The position numbers and the translations under genes are program-made. Positions 1-12,262 of a stretch of 64,000 nucleotides of DNA are shown here, in pieces. How positions within the stretch are numbered: position 1 is the stretch's first letter; each line of letters begins with the position of its first letter. A model generated the notes under the pieces. The model saw only the letters and a list, made by a program, of their open reading frames with translations. It was not told the origin of the DNA and did not search any database. The stretch is from Malacoraja senta (taxonomy: Eukaryota): positions 24,740,001 to 24,804,000 of the forward strand of contig CM075987.1 in the NCBI GenBank assembly GCA_038087875.1, given 5' to 3'.

Positions 1-691
1 TCTCTCTCTCTCTCTCCTTCCCTCCCCCACCCAAGTTGTTGTACAAGGTACAAATTCATCTTATTGAGTCTCATTGTCGGTAACTCGCTTTCACCTAACC
101 CATAGCTAACAATGGCCTGTTTTCTTTATCATCATTACTTTTTTTGCATATCTTTCATTCATCTGTTCGATATCTTTCTATTTCACCATCTGTATCTCTC
201 ATTTCCCTTTCCCCTGACTCTCAGTCTGAAGAAGGGTCTCGACCCGAGAAGTCACCTGTTCCTTTTCTCCAGAAATGCTGCCTGTCCCGCTGAATTACAC
301 CAGCTTTTGGTGTCTTAGATCTTCGGTTTAAACCAGCATCTGCAGGTTCCTTCCTGCACAAATATACTCTCTCTGCATTTTGTTTCGAGACAAAATGATT
401 CCACTGAAGATTGGAACTGAAAATGGCTTATCAGAAATTACATTCAGTATTCAAATCTCTACAATTTTCCACAATGTAGGGCTGGGTTGGAAGATGTTTA
501 CAACTTACGTAATATGTGTGAAACTTTCAGATGGGCTAACTTGCCACCAACTCAAGGAGGCAATCTCGACAGCTCGCTTATGCCTCCTGGTGGCCGACCA
601 CTGTATGGAATTGGCACAAGACTGGAAACTTTGTTGCCCTTCCAGTCAAATAACCTTGCACCTAAAAGGTGTAACAAGCTTTAAACTTTCA

Positions 692-1006
692 AACCCCTGT
701 CCCACGGTACGAGTTCATTCCAAGAGCTCTCCCGAGTTTGCCCTGATTCGAACTCGGAGATTTACGGTAATGGCCGCTCTCGTGGACATTTTTAAACATG
801 TTGAAAAATCTTCACGAGTCTTTCCGTGCTTACCTGCCGTTAGTGAGTCTTCCCGAGTACCTGCCGTTAGCGTAAAGAGCCGCTAAGAGACGTCCCCGAG
901 CTCCGACGTACCCGCTACGTTCATTCTCCGTGCTTACCACGAGTTTGATTTTTTTTTTTAACTGAGGAGAGCTCTTGGAATGAACTCGTAAAGTGGGACA
1001 GGGCTT
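692..1006 (+). mobile_element. Non-autonomous PIF/Harbinger-type MITE (subfamily A)
   Basis: TIRs of about 14 bp (aacccctgtcccac / gtgggacagggctt), 3-bp flanks TCA/TTA, interior shared with the copies at 3866, 19892 and 25317. Confidence 0.75.
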
Positions 1007-1247
1007 TTACAAATTTGACAAAAGCAATAAGATTTCTTGCGATCTTAACCAAAGGTGGCACCAGGTGACACGGTGGCAGAGCTACTGCCTTACAGTGCCA
1101 GAGACCCGAGTTCGATCCTGACTCCGGGCCCTGCCTGTATGGAGTTTGTACGTTCTCCCCGTGACCTGCGTGGGTTTTCTCCGGGATCTCCGGTTTCCTC
1201 CCACACTCCAAAGACGTACAGGTAAGTAGGTTAATTGGCCTGGTTTA

Positions 1248-2862
1248 CAGTGGCTTGCAAAAGTATTCATACCCCTTGAACTTTTCCACATTTTGTCACG
1301 TTACAACCACAAACGTAAATGTATTTTATTGGGATTTTATGTGATAGACCAACACAAAGTGGCGCATAATTGTGAAGTGGAAGGAAAATGATTCATGGTT
1401 TTCAAAATTTTTTACAAATAAAAAACTGAAAAGTGTGGCGTGCAAAAGTATTTAGCCCCCTTTACTCTGATACCCCTAAATAAAATCCAGTGCAACCAAT
1501 TGCCTTCAGAAGTCACCTAATTAGTAAATAGAGTCCACTTGTGTGTAATCTAATCTCAGTATAAATACAGCTGTTCTGTAAAGTCCTCAGAGGTTTGCTA
1601 GAGAACATTAGTGAACAAACAGCATCATGAAGCCCAAGGAACACACCAGACAGGTCAGGGATAAAGTTGTGGAGAAGTTTAAAGCAGGGTTAGGTTATAA
1701 AATATATCCCAAGCTTTGAACATCTCACGGAGCACTGTTCAATCCATCATCCGAAAATGGAAAGAGTATGGCACAACTGCAAACCTACCAAGACATGGCC
1801 GTCCACCTAAACTGACAGGCCGGGCAAGGAGAGCATTGATCAGAGAAGCAGCCAAGAGGCCCATGGTAACTCTGGAGGAGCTGCAGAGATCCACAGCTCA
1901 AGTAGGAGAATCTGTCCACAGGATTACTATTAGTCGTGCACTCCACAAATCGGGCCTTTATGGAAGAGTGGCAAGAAGAAAGCCATTGTTGAAAAAAAGC
2001 CATAAGAAGTCCCGTTTGCAGTTTGCCACAAGCCATGTGGGGGACACAGCAAACATGTGGAGGAATGTGCTCTGGTCAGATGAGACCAAAATTGAAGTTT
2101 TTGGCCTAAATGCAAAACGCTATGTGTGGTGGAAACCTAACACTGCACATCACCCTGAACACACCATCCCCACTGTGAAACATGGTGGTGGCAGCATCAT
2201 GCTGTGGGGATGCTTTTTTTCAGCAGGGACAGGAAGCTGGTCAGAGTTGATGGGAAGATGGATGGAGCCAAATACAGGGCAATCTTGGAAGAAAACCTGT
2301 TAGAGTCTGCAAAAGACTTGAGACTGGGGCGGAGGTTCACCTTCCAGCAGGACAACGACCCTAAACATACAGCCAGAGCTACAATGGAATGGGTTAGATC
2401 AAAGCATATTCATGTGTTAGAATGGCTCAGTCAAAGTCCAGACCTAAATCCAATTGAGAATCTCTGGCAAGACTTGAAAATTGCTGTTCACAGACGCTCT
2501 CCATCCAATCTGACTGAGCTTGAGCTATTTTGCAAAGAAGAATGGGCAAAAATTTCAGTCTCTAGATGTGCAAAGCTGGTAGAGACATACCCCAAAAGAC
2601 TTGCAGCTGTAATTGCAGCAAAAGGTGGTTCTACAAAGTATTGACTCATGGGGGCTGAATACTTTTGCACGTGACACTTTTCAGTTTTTTATTTGTAAAA
2701 AAATTTGAAAACCATGTATCATTTTCCTTCCACTTCACAATTATGCGCCACTTTGTGTTGGTCTATCACATAAAATCCCAATAAAATACATTTACGTATG
2801 TGGTTGTAACGTGAATAAATGTGGAAAAGTTCAAGGGGTATGAAAACTTTTGCAAGCCACTG
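1248..2862 (+). mobile_element. Full-length Tc1-family DNA transposon (IR/DR type), 1615 bp
   Basis: TIRs of about 213 bp (1248-1460 and 2650-2862) begin CAGTGGCTTGCAAAAGTATTCA. TA duplication at 1246-1247 and 2863-2864. Inserted into a SINE. Confidence 0.97.
1627..2644 (+). pseudogene. Tc1 transposase (DD34E), disrupted by two single-base deletions
   Basis: MKPKEHTRQVRDKVVEKFKAGLGY from ATG 1627, with frameshifts near 1700 and near 2232. Motifs [34 protein letters not shown] and [11 protein letters not shown] are present; 34 residues separate the second D from the E. Confidence 0.93.
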
Positions 2863-3865
2863 TAAATGTAAAAATTGTCCCTAGAGTGTGCAAGGTAGTA
2901 TTAATGAGCGGGGATCGTTGGTCAGCACTGGCTCGGTGGGCCGAAGGGCCGGTTTCCGCACAGTATCTCTAAACTACATTAAACTACACTTTAAGGAATA
3001 GAACAATTCAGCAGTTCATAATCAATGAATATTGCCAATAAGTTTCATAATACAATGACATAATATTGAGCATCCTCTCAGTAATGCCACCGAAGGCAGT
3101 GGAGGCCGATTCACTGGATGTATATCAACAGAGAGTTGGATATAGCTCTTAGGGCTAATGGAATCAAGGGATTTGGGTAGAAAGCAGGAACGGGGTACAG
3201 ATTTTGGATGATCAGCCATGATCATATTGAATGGTGGTGCTAGCTCGAAGGGCTGAATGGCCTACTCCTGCACCTATCGTCTGTTTTTAATCGTCTTCAG
3301 CTGCTCAAGGTGCGAAGCCAAGTCAAGCTAAGACATAAGTGCTCTTTCTCTCTCTCTCTCTCATCATTAAATGGCAAAAGAATCAAAGGCCACTTTGTAA
3401 GAGTGAAGATGCTTCGGTTTTTTTTAGTTTAGTTTAGTTTGAAGGCCTATCAAAGACTGATTCAGTCAGTTAGACATGTCCTAATTAATCCGATACATTT
3501 AACTACATCTGAAACATATTTAAGTGATTTTAAAAATATCAATGATAAGAGAGTAACAAATTTACTTAAACCACATCAACTGATAAGAATTAGCTGAATA
3601 CTTTAAAACCATACTCCTCCCCTAAACTTCCCTTATTTTGTTTGGTTTTGTTTAGATTACAGCATGGAAACTGGCCCTTCGGCCAACAGAGTCCACGTTG
3701 ACAATTGATCACCCGTTCACAGTAGTTTAATGTTATCCCACTTTCCCGTGCACTCTTTACACACTAGGGACAATTTATCGAAGCCAATTAACCTACAAAC
3801 CAGCACTTCTCTTGGGATGTGGGATGAGGGTGTCACGGTGGTGCAGCGGTAGAGTTGCTGCCTTA

Positions 3866-4184
3866 AAGCCCTGTCCCACTGTACGAGTTCATTCAGAGAG
3901 TTCTCCCCGAGTTTGCCCTGATTCGAACACGGAGATTTACGGTAATGGGCACTCGTCGGTACTCAGGGCTCTCGTGGACATTTTTCAACATGTTGAAAAA
4001 TCTTCACGAGTCTTCCAGAGCTTAACACGTTTCCCGAGTACCTGCCGATAACATTACGAGCTGCTAAGAGACGTCCCCGAGCTCCGACGTACCCGCTACG
4101 TTCATTCTACGTGCTTACCACGAGTTTTATTTTTTTTTAACTTGGGAGAGCTCTTGGGTGAACTCGTACAGTGGGACAGGGCCA
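3866..4184 (+). mobile_element. Harbinger-type MITE (subfamily A) inserted in a SINE head
   Basis: TIRs aagccctgtcccac / gtgggacagggcca, flanks TTA/TAA; the SINE sequence GTTGCTGCC-TTA-CAGC is split by it. Confidence 0.75.
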
Positions 4185-5306
4185 TAACAGCACCAAAGAC
4201 CCGGGTTCGATCCCGTCTGTATGCAGTTTGCACGTCCGACCTTTCTCGGTGTGCTCCGGTTTCCACACACATTCCAAAGACACACAGGTTTGCAGGTTAA
4301 TTTGGTTTAAAAAAATTGCAAATTGTAGGATAGTGCTAGTGTACGGGGATCGCTGGCTGGCACGGACGCGGTAGGCCAAAGGGCCTGTTTCCGTGCTGTA
4401 TCTCTAAACCAGACCAAAAGGAAAAGATAGACTGGAAGGAGGAGATTAATTGGAACTGTAGGTGTGTAATAATGTTTTTGCAACCGGAGCAAAACCAACA
4501 CGGTCCCCGGGAGAACATGCAGACTCCACACAGACAGCACCCGAGGTCAGTATCGAACCGGGGTCTCTGGTGCTGCAAGGCAGCAACTCCACGAGGCAGG
4601 TGTCTGGAGCTTGGGAGAGGGTATGAAGCCAATTCAGTGCTTCAATCTGAGGTGATCCATTGTAAAGTTTGCAACATTGCATTTTCATTTGTAACCTATC
4701 CGCCCTGGCCTCAGCCCCGGACACCACATGCCCCGTAAATCTGAAGGGAACACAGGAAATTCATGAAGTCTGCAACAGAACTGCCAGTATTTGAAAGCAA
4801 AGGCTTCGTGTTTCAAATGTAAATCTGCCATCATTTTCTGCTGAAGGCTTCAATCCAAAGCTCAAATCGGACTTTTTCATTTGGACATTTACTGGTACTC
4901 TGTGACATTTCCTACATTTTTCATTTGGTTCCCGTCCTCAGTTTTAGTTCAGTTTAGTTTAGCAATCCAGCACGTAAACAGGCCCTCGAGCCCATGCCGA
5001 CCAGCGATCCCCGCAAGTTAACGCTATCCTACACACACTAGGGACAATTTACAATTTTACCAAAGCCAATTAACCTACAAACCTGTACGTCTTTGGAGTG
5101 TGGGAGGAAACCGCAGATCCCGGGGAAAACCCACGCGGTCATGGGGAGAACTTACAAACCCCAGACAGACACCACCCTTAGTCAGGATCGAACCCAGGTC
5201 TCTGACACTGGAAGGCAGCAACTCTACTGCTGTGCCACAGGTTATTTCACTGAGGTAGTCTTCATGGGGTAGTAATGCATATTGCTCTTGAAATTTGGCT
5301 TTAGTA

Positions 5307-5308
<2 letters not shown>

Positions 5309-5364
<56 letters not shown>

Positions 5365-5451
5365 GTATGTATACATATATATACACACACACATATATGT
5401 ATATATACACGCACACATATATACATACACATACATACATATACATATATA
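5309..5451. repeat. Compound (GT)n/(TA)n/(CA)n microsatellite
   Basis: Read directly from the sequence. Confidence 0.95.
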
Positions 5452-8400
5452 ATCTTACATTGTGTGTTTACTACAAATCTGAAGAAGGGTCTCGACCTGA
5501 AACGTCACCCATTCCTTCTCTCCAGAGATGCTGCCTGTCCCGCTGAGTTACTCCAGCTTTTTGCGTCTATCTTCGGTTTAAACCAGCATCTGCAGTTCCT
5601 TCCTACACATTAATTTCTATGCTGTCAGATATATATAAGAATGAGCGATGGAGTAATCAATTGCAAACTTGCTGTGTTGGACTTGTCTTCCTGCTTTGAT
5701 GGGAATGGAGAGGAAAGCAATTCACCAACTTGCAATAAATGCTATCGTGTTGCTCCCTCTGTCTTTCTGCTCTCCATCGATCTTCCCCTGCGTCCCGTTG
5801 TGTCTCTTTGCTAATCCATCAACCGGCCCCTTTTAGGTACCGAAGATTGTCAACCATTTTGCAGCAATCAGCCAAGGAAGTGCGTGCGTATTCCCAAGCA
5901 ATCTCTTCTCTTCCTTTGCCCGTGGCCTCAAAATAAAATGTTACCAGTTTTAGTTTAGTTTAGTTTAGAGATACAGCGCGGAAACACCCCCTTCGGCCCA
6001 CACAGTCCGCGCCGACCAGCGATCCCCGCACGCTAACACTATCCTACACACACTAGGGACAACTTGCAATTTTTTTTACCGAAGCCAATTAACCTACAAA
6101 CTTAAAGAAGGAACTGCAGATGCTGGAAAATCGAAGGAAACGTCTGAAGAAGGGTTTCGGCCCGAAACGTTACCTATTTCCTTCGCTCCATAGATGCTGC
6201 TGCACCCGCTGAGTTTCTCCAGCATTTTTGTGAACCTACAAACTTATATGTATTTGGAGTGTGGGGGGAAACCGGGGCACCCGGGGAAAACCCACGCAGG
6301 TCACGGGGAGAACGTGCAAACTCCGTACAGACAAGCACCCGTGGTCATGATCGAACCCCGGTCACTGGCGCTGGAAGGCAGCAACTCTACCGCTGCACCA
6401 CCATGCCGCCCCGTTTGATCTGAATGTAAAGACTTGCTATATGCCGGATGCTGAAAGTTAAAATCTTTTGTGATTTAAATTGCAAGCGGCATGCTGCAAG
6501 CAAGTGCAGGTATGCAGTCACATCCCAGCCCTATCAGTTACACCACATCCAGCAACTAATCACTTTGTTTCACTCGTCCAAGTCTGATCTTTAATGTCGC
6601 TCTGAAAAATGCTTTTCCAGCAAACCCTCGGCGATTTGGTTTGCCAGTTAATTTGTTTCATCCGCGGGTTTAATCGGGTACTCTCCCCGAGACGAGATCC
6701 ATCATCAAGATAAATCACAAAAATGATCGTGACAACAATGTCTTTTTCAACATCATTCTCCGGGGACGTTAGAGAGGAATTCCAGACTTAGACCACATCA
6801 AGCTGCTCAAATAATCACTGATGTCGATGGGGGATTCTTGAAAGAGAGAGAAATATTATTTTTAAAACTTACAATAGACAATAGGTGCACGAGTAGGCCA
6901 TTTGGCCCTTTGAGCCAGCACCGCCATTCAATGGCTGATCATCCCCAATCAGTACCCCGTTCCTGCCTTCTCCCCATATCCCCTGACTCCGCTATTATTA
7001 AGAGCCCTATCTAGCTCTCTCTTGAAAGCATCCAGTGAACCTGCCTCCACCGCCCTCTGAGGCAGAGAATTCCACAGACTCACCACTCTCTGTGAGAAAA
7101 AGTGTTACCTCGTCTCCGTTCTAAATGGCTTACCCCTTATTCTTAAACTGTGGCCCCTGGTTCTGGACTCCCCCAACATCGGGAACACGTTTCCTTCCCC
7201 CAATCAGGGGGTCTCTTCCCCAAAACATTTCAGGTACATCAGAAACGCAAACTGCAAGCCAAACCAAATTTAAACCATTCAGATTCACGCTAACAACCAA
7301 AAATAGACCAAATTCTGAAACCTAATGAAATGAAATAAGAATAGAAAAACAGTTTTGAAAACTCTGAAGGGTTTTGAGAGCCAGGAGCACTTTTGTTGGC
7401 CTTTGCTGGCAAGAAAAGATAGACAGGAAGGAGAAGATTTAGTTGCACGGTTTGGGTGTCATAATGTTTTTGTACATCACCTATGAGGTAATAACATGGT
7501 CTCTCCAACTTTGGAATAAAGAGGGAAAAGATCGGTGTGGAGGCACAAGTAACTGCGGATGCTGGAATCTGGAGCAAGCCACAAAGTGCGGCATAACTCA
7601 GTGGGTGAGGCAGCATCTGTGGAGGGAATGGATAGGCAACATTTCAGGTCAGGACCCTTCTTCAGACTCAACGCAAGAGAAGATAGTATCTTAGATTCCC
7701 ATAGTACATTAGTCCCACCTGTTTGCGTTTTGCCCATATCCCTCCAAACCTGTCCAATCCATGTACCTGTCTAATTGTTTCTTAAACCATTTATATAACC
7801 ATTGTGGGGGGATGTTTTTATGTTTATTGTTAAATGTTCTGTCTTATCTTGATCTGTGTGCTGCATGGCAAGACAAATTTCACTACACCAATTGGTGTAC
7901 GTGACAATAAATGTCCTTTGTAAACATTGCGATAGTCCGTGCCTCAACAAACTCCTCTGGCAGCTCGTTCCATACACCCACCACCCTTTTGTGTGAAATA
8001 AGACATAATACAAATGATTTAAGAGGTTTTTCCATTCTCTCCTTCTAAAGCCCTACTGGAGTCTTATCCAGCCACATATATAAATATCTGTGGGCGTCAT
8101 TCAATATTTCAAGTGCAAGAGTACTACAGATAAAGGGCCACTGAATCAATGCTCCTTAGTTGGAACTAACTGAATACATCTGACATTCTGATTTAGCAAC
8201 AATAAGGCAATGGCTGATCCAGAGAAAACAGTGAATTAAATTACCATGTAGTACATGAGGATTAGGACTGGTTTTCCAAGCCATCGTCTTTCCCATAGAA
8301 GCATGGGAAGGTACAGAAGAAAGCAGAGCCCGCATCGGTGACTCAAGGAAGGGTGGAGCCCACAATGGTCCATTGTTGGCTGGGGACGAAGGGATACAAA

Positions 8401-9297
8401 CGGTGAATTCCAATTTGTGTGTGGCCTTACTCTGCTGGTGGAAGAGGTGAAACAGGACCCCTCTGATACCGAAGCCACTTCCAGTATGTCGATGTGTAGG
8501 GAGGAACTGCAGATGCTGGTTTAAACCGAAGATAGACACAAAATGCTGGAGTAACTCAGCGGGACGGGCAGCATCTCTGGAGAGAAGGAATGGGTGACGT
8601 TTTGGGTCGAGACCCTTTAGACTTCAAACTCTATTCCCAGTCTGTCATGACAGAGAGTGATGCATTCTCCATTTTAAAGCAATTAGCATTGCCATTGATC
8701 TTAAATTGCTCGATTCCGTTAGCCCTTAGATTTAGCTCAGGACTAATGGAATCAAGGAATATGGGGAGAATAGACAATAGACAATAGGTGCAGGAGTAGG
8801 ACATTCGGCCCCTCGAGCCAGCACCACCGCTGATCATCCCCAATCAGTACCCCGTTCCTGCCTTCTCCCCATATCCCCTAACTCCTCTATCATTAAGAGC
8901 CCTATCTAGCTCTCTCTTGAAAGCATCCAGAGAACCGGCCTCCACCGCCCTCTGAGGCAGAGATGGCAGGAACGGGGTACTGATTTTGGATGATCAGCCA
9001 TGATCATATTGAATGGCGGTGCTGGCTCGAAGGGACAAATGGCCCACTCCTGCACCTATTTTCTATGTTTTCTATATTTAAGTCTGTGAATGCCTTTGAT
9101 ATCCAGAAGCAACTAGACACATTTTAAAACCACGTGCATGTAAAAATAATTTTAAAAATCAAAAATGTGCAAATATAATTTTTTTTTTTTTAAATGAGAT
9201 TTAATTTTATTGAATCAAATGAAAAGGAAATCCTGTCATAACAAGGAACTGCAGAAGCTGGTTTATAAAAAGTCCCACACACTCCGCTGACATCAGT

Positions 9298-9325
9298 CTG
9301 AAGAAGGGTCTCGACCCGAAACGTC
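9298..9325 (+). ncRNA. Minimal type-I hammerhead ribozyme motif (Penelope pLTR)
   Basis: CUGAAGA-A-GGGU(CUCG)ACCC-GAAA-CG-UC: catalytic core, stem II and a palindromic ACGU stem III. Confidence 0.65.
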
Positions 9326-11894
9326 ACCCATTCCTTCTCTCCAGACATGCTGCCTGTCCCGCTGAGTTACTCCAGCTTTTTGTGTCTATCTTCGCTGGAG
9401 TTACTCAGCAGGTCAGACAGCATCCTTGGAGAGCATGGATAGGTGACATTTCAGGTCAGGATCCTTCTTCAGATTCAGGACTTCAGGAAATCTTGTTCTC
9501 ATCCCCTCCCGCCCCTACCTACACCTCTCCCTTCATCTTTACATTTCACTCCTCTCCTCTCCTCATCTCACGCCCTTTTGCCTCCTTTTCACTTCTAGCC
9601 TTTGTCACTCGAAAGACGTGCAGGTTAACAGGTTAATTGGCTTGGTACAATTGTAAAATTGTCCCTAGTGTGTGTAGGACAGTGTTAATGTGCAGGGATC
9701 GCAGGTCGGCGCGGACGCGGTGGGCCGAAGGGTGTGTTTCCGGTGCTGCATCTCCAAGCTAAACTAAAAGTTGACAGTCGAGAAGATCTGGAGAATTAAT
9801 TGCGAAATCTGGTCCATGAAATTCCTACTCAATCACCATCCTGGCCACACACTCATCTCCCCGCTACCTTCAGGTAGAAGGTACAGGAGCCTGAAGACTC
9901 CAACAACCAGGTTCAGGAATAGCTACTTCCCCACAGCCATCAGGCTATTAAACTTGGCTCGGACAAAACTCTGAACATTAATAGCCCATTATCTGTTTAT
10001 TTGCACTTTATCAGTTTATTTATTCGTGTGTGTATATATTTATATAATGGTATATGGACACCCTGATCTGTTCTGTACTCATGCCTACTATGTTCTGTTG
10101 TGCTGAAACAAAGCAAGAATTTCATTGTCCTATCTGGGACACATGACAATAAACTCTCTTGAATCTTGGCCTGGTTCTCTCAGGCAACTGGTTTGGCTGC
10201 GAACCCTCCTAAAACTCATCAAACTTGGTCCACGATCACATTAACCTTTGTTATTTTCAAGCATGTCAGAAATATTTACATTGCCTCCATAAATGTCATT
10301 GTAAATGACAATTCCTCAAAGAAAAAAAAAAAAGAAAGGACTGCGGAGTGGTCTTCATAAAAGGACTTATATTCCTTAAACACATCTTGTTGTAATGACA
10401 TCATTGTTTGGTTTTCTTAAACCGGCGGCTCTTCAAAAACTATTTAAACATTCAAGTATTTACAACGTTATGTTCTTACTCTGCACTGCAGTGGAAACAT
10501 TATAATCATGAGGGGGGTTGTAAAACCTCGTTTATGTGAGTGGATCAGAGAAGAACACTAAAGGAATAGAATAGACCGTTAGCATGTTTCCACAAAACAG
10601 AAAGAAAATGTTTGAAAACACTCCAATCCATTCCCCATTTTCCAATGATCCTAAACTTTTAAGGACAGTTCTATCAAATTCTATTAAACAACTCTTTTTT
10701 TTTTCTTTTTTTTATTGCATTCCAAAGTCTTTGGAAAAATAACAAAAGATTAAACCTTGTTTAAGAAAGTACAGCAGAAGCTGGAAAAATCGAAGGTAGC
10801 CAAAAATGCTGGAGAAACTCAGCGGGTGAGGCAGCATCTATGGAGCGAAGGAAATAGGCAACGTTTCGGCCCGAAACGTTGCCTATTTCCTTCGCTCCAT
10901 AGATGCTGCCTCACCACGCTGAGTTTCTCCAGCATTTTTGTCGACCTAAAGAATAAACCTTAGGATTTTCTCCAGATTTACCACAACCAGAGAGCCGTCC
11001 TGAGCCTACTATCGACCTAATTTGGTGACGCTCCGACTGTTCTTGATCGGACTTTGCCGGCACCACCTTGCACTAAATTGTTATTCCTCTCTCATGTATC
11101 TGTACACTGTAAATGGCTCGATTGTAATCGTGTATTGTCTTTCCGCTGACTGGTTAGCACGCAACAAAAGCTTTTCACTGGACCTCGGTACACGCGACAA
11201 TAAACTAAACTGAAACTGTCTGAACTGAAGATGAGCTTGAAGTTGTGAGCCTTGGTTCAAGGCCTCTCAATTCTCGTTTTTTAAGAGAGAGAAAGGTAAT
11301 ATAGTGAGGCAAAAAGTTTGATACAGAGATACAGCGCGGAAAGAGGTTCTTCGGCCCGAGTCCGCGCCGACCAGCGATCACCCCGCGCATTAATGCTACC
11401 TTACACACACTCGGGACAATTTACACATACACCAAGCCAATTAACCTACAAACCTGTACGTCTTTGGAGGGTTGGAGGAAACCGAAGATCTCGGAGAAAA
11501 CCCACGCGGTCACAGGGAGAATGCACAAACTCCGTACAGACAGCACACGTAGTCGGGGTCGAATCCGACTCCGGTGCTGCAAGCGCTGTAAGGCAGTAAC
11601 TCTACTGCTGCGCCACCCTCAAAGATCAAGAACAAGGTTTGAGGGGCATTAATTACCTTGTTGTGGTGGAGACGGCTGCAGGTGCTGAAATAGGATCCGG
11701 AAAGCTAAACCATGTGGAACTACACTCTTGGCCCCATGGGGCACCCGTGGTGGTCAGGTTGAGGAGAAGGTTCCAAGAAGATCTCATCAGGGAAAGTGGA
11801 ATACTGCGAGCAATATTGGGCACCATATCCGAGGAAGGATGTGCTGGCTCTGGAGAGGGTGAAGTGAAGATTTACAAGCATGATCCCAGGAATG

Positions 11895-12262
11895 AGTGGG
11901 TTTCTTGGTCCTCCAAAATATTCCAAATGGAATTTAAACTGGAGGTGGTGGAGGGAGGACTTAAGCCAGAAAGGGTTTTTGGGAAGAAAGAGCTACCTTA
12001 AATTTAGTTGTATCTGGTTGGGTAACTATAGTAGGGTGGGGATTATTCCATGCTTTAATTGTGCGGGGGAAGAATGAATTGTTGTACACATCTGTCTTGG
12101 TAGCTGGAATCTCAAATTGGATCGAATGCCCTCGTCTGCTCCCAATTGGTTTGGGTTTGTTGTAGGTTTTGTAATCTATGTCGAGCTGACCATTTAACAT
12201 TTTGTAAAAACAGGTCAAACGGTGAGCTTCACGTCTGTCTTGGAGAGGGTTCCACCCCAGTA
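11895..12262 (-). mobile_element. Divergent CR1-group/L2-like LINE 3' fragment
   Basis: LGWNPLQDRREAHRLTCFYKMLNG...RRGHS...YNNSFFPRTIKAWN; different from the dominant CR1 family. Confidence 0.7.

Noticed and set aside
226..253. Hammerhead-like motif at the window start (also ~34790, ~51992, ~53514)
   Set aside because: The catalytic core is mutated (e.g. GAAA to GAGA, CUGA to CCGA); treated as decayed pLTR copies.
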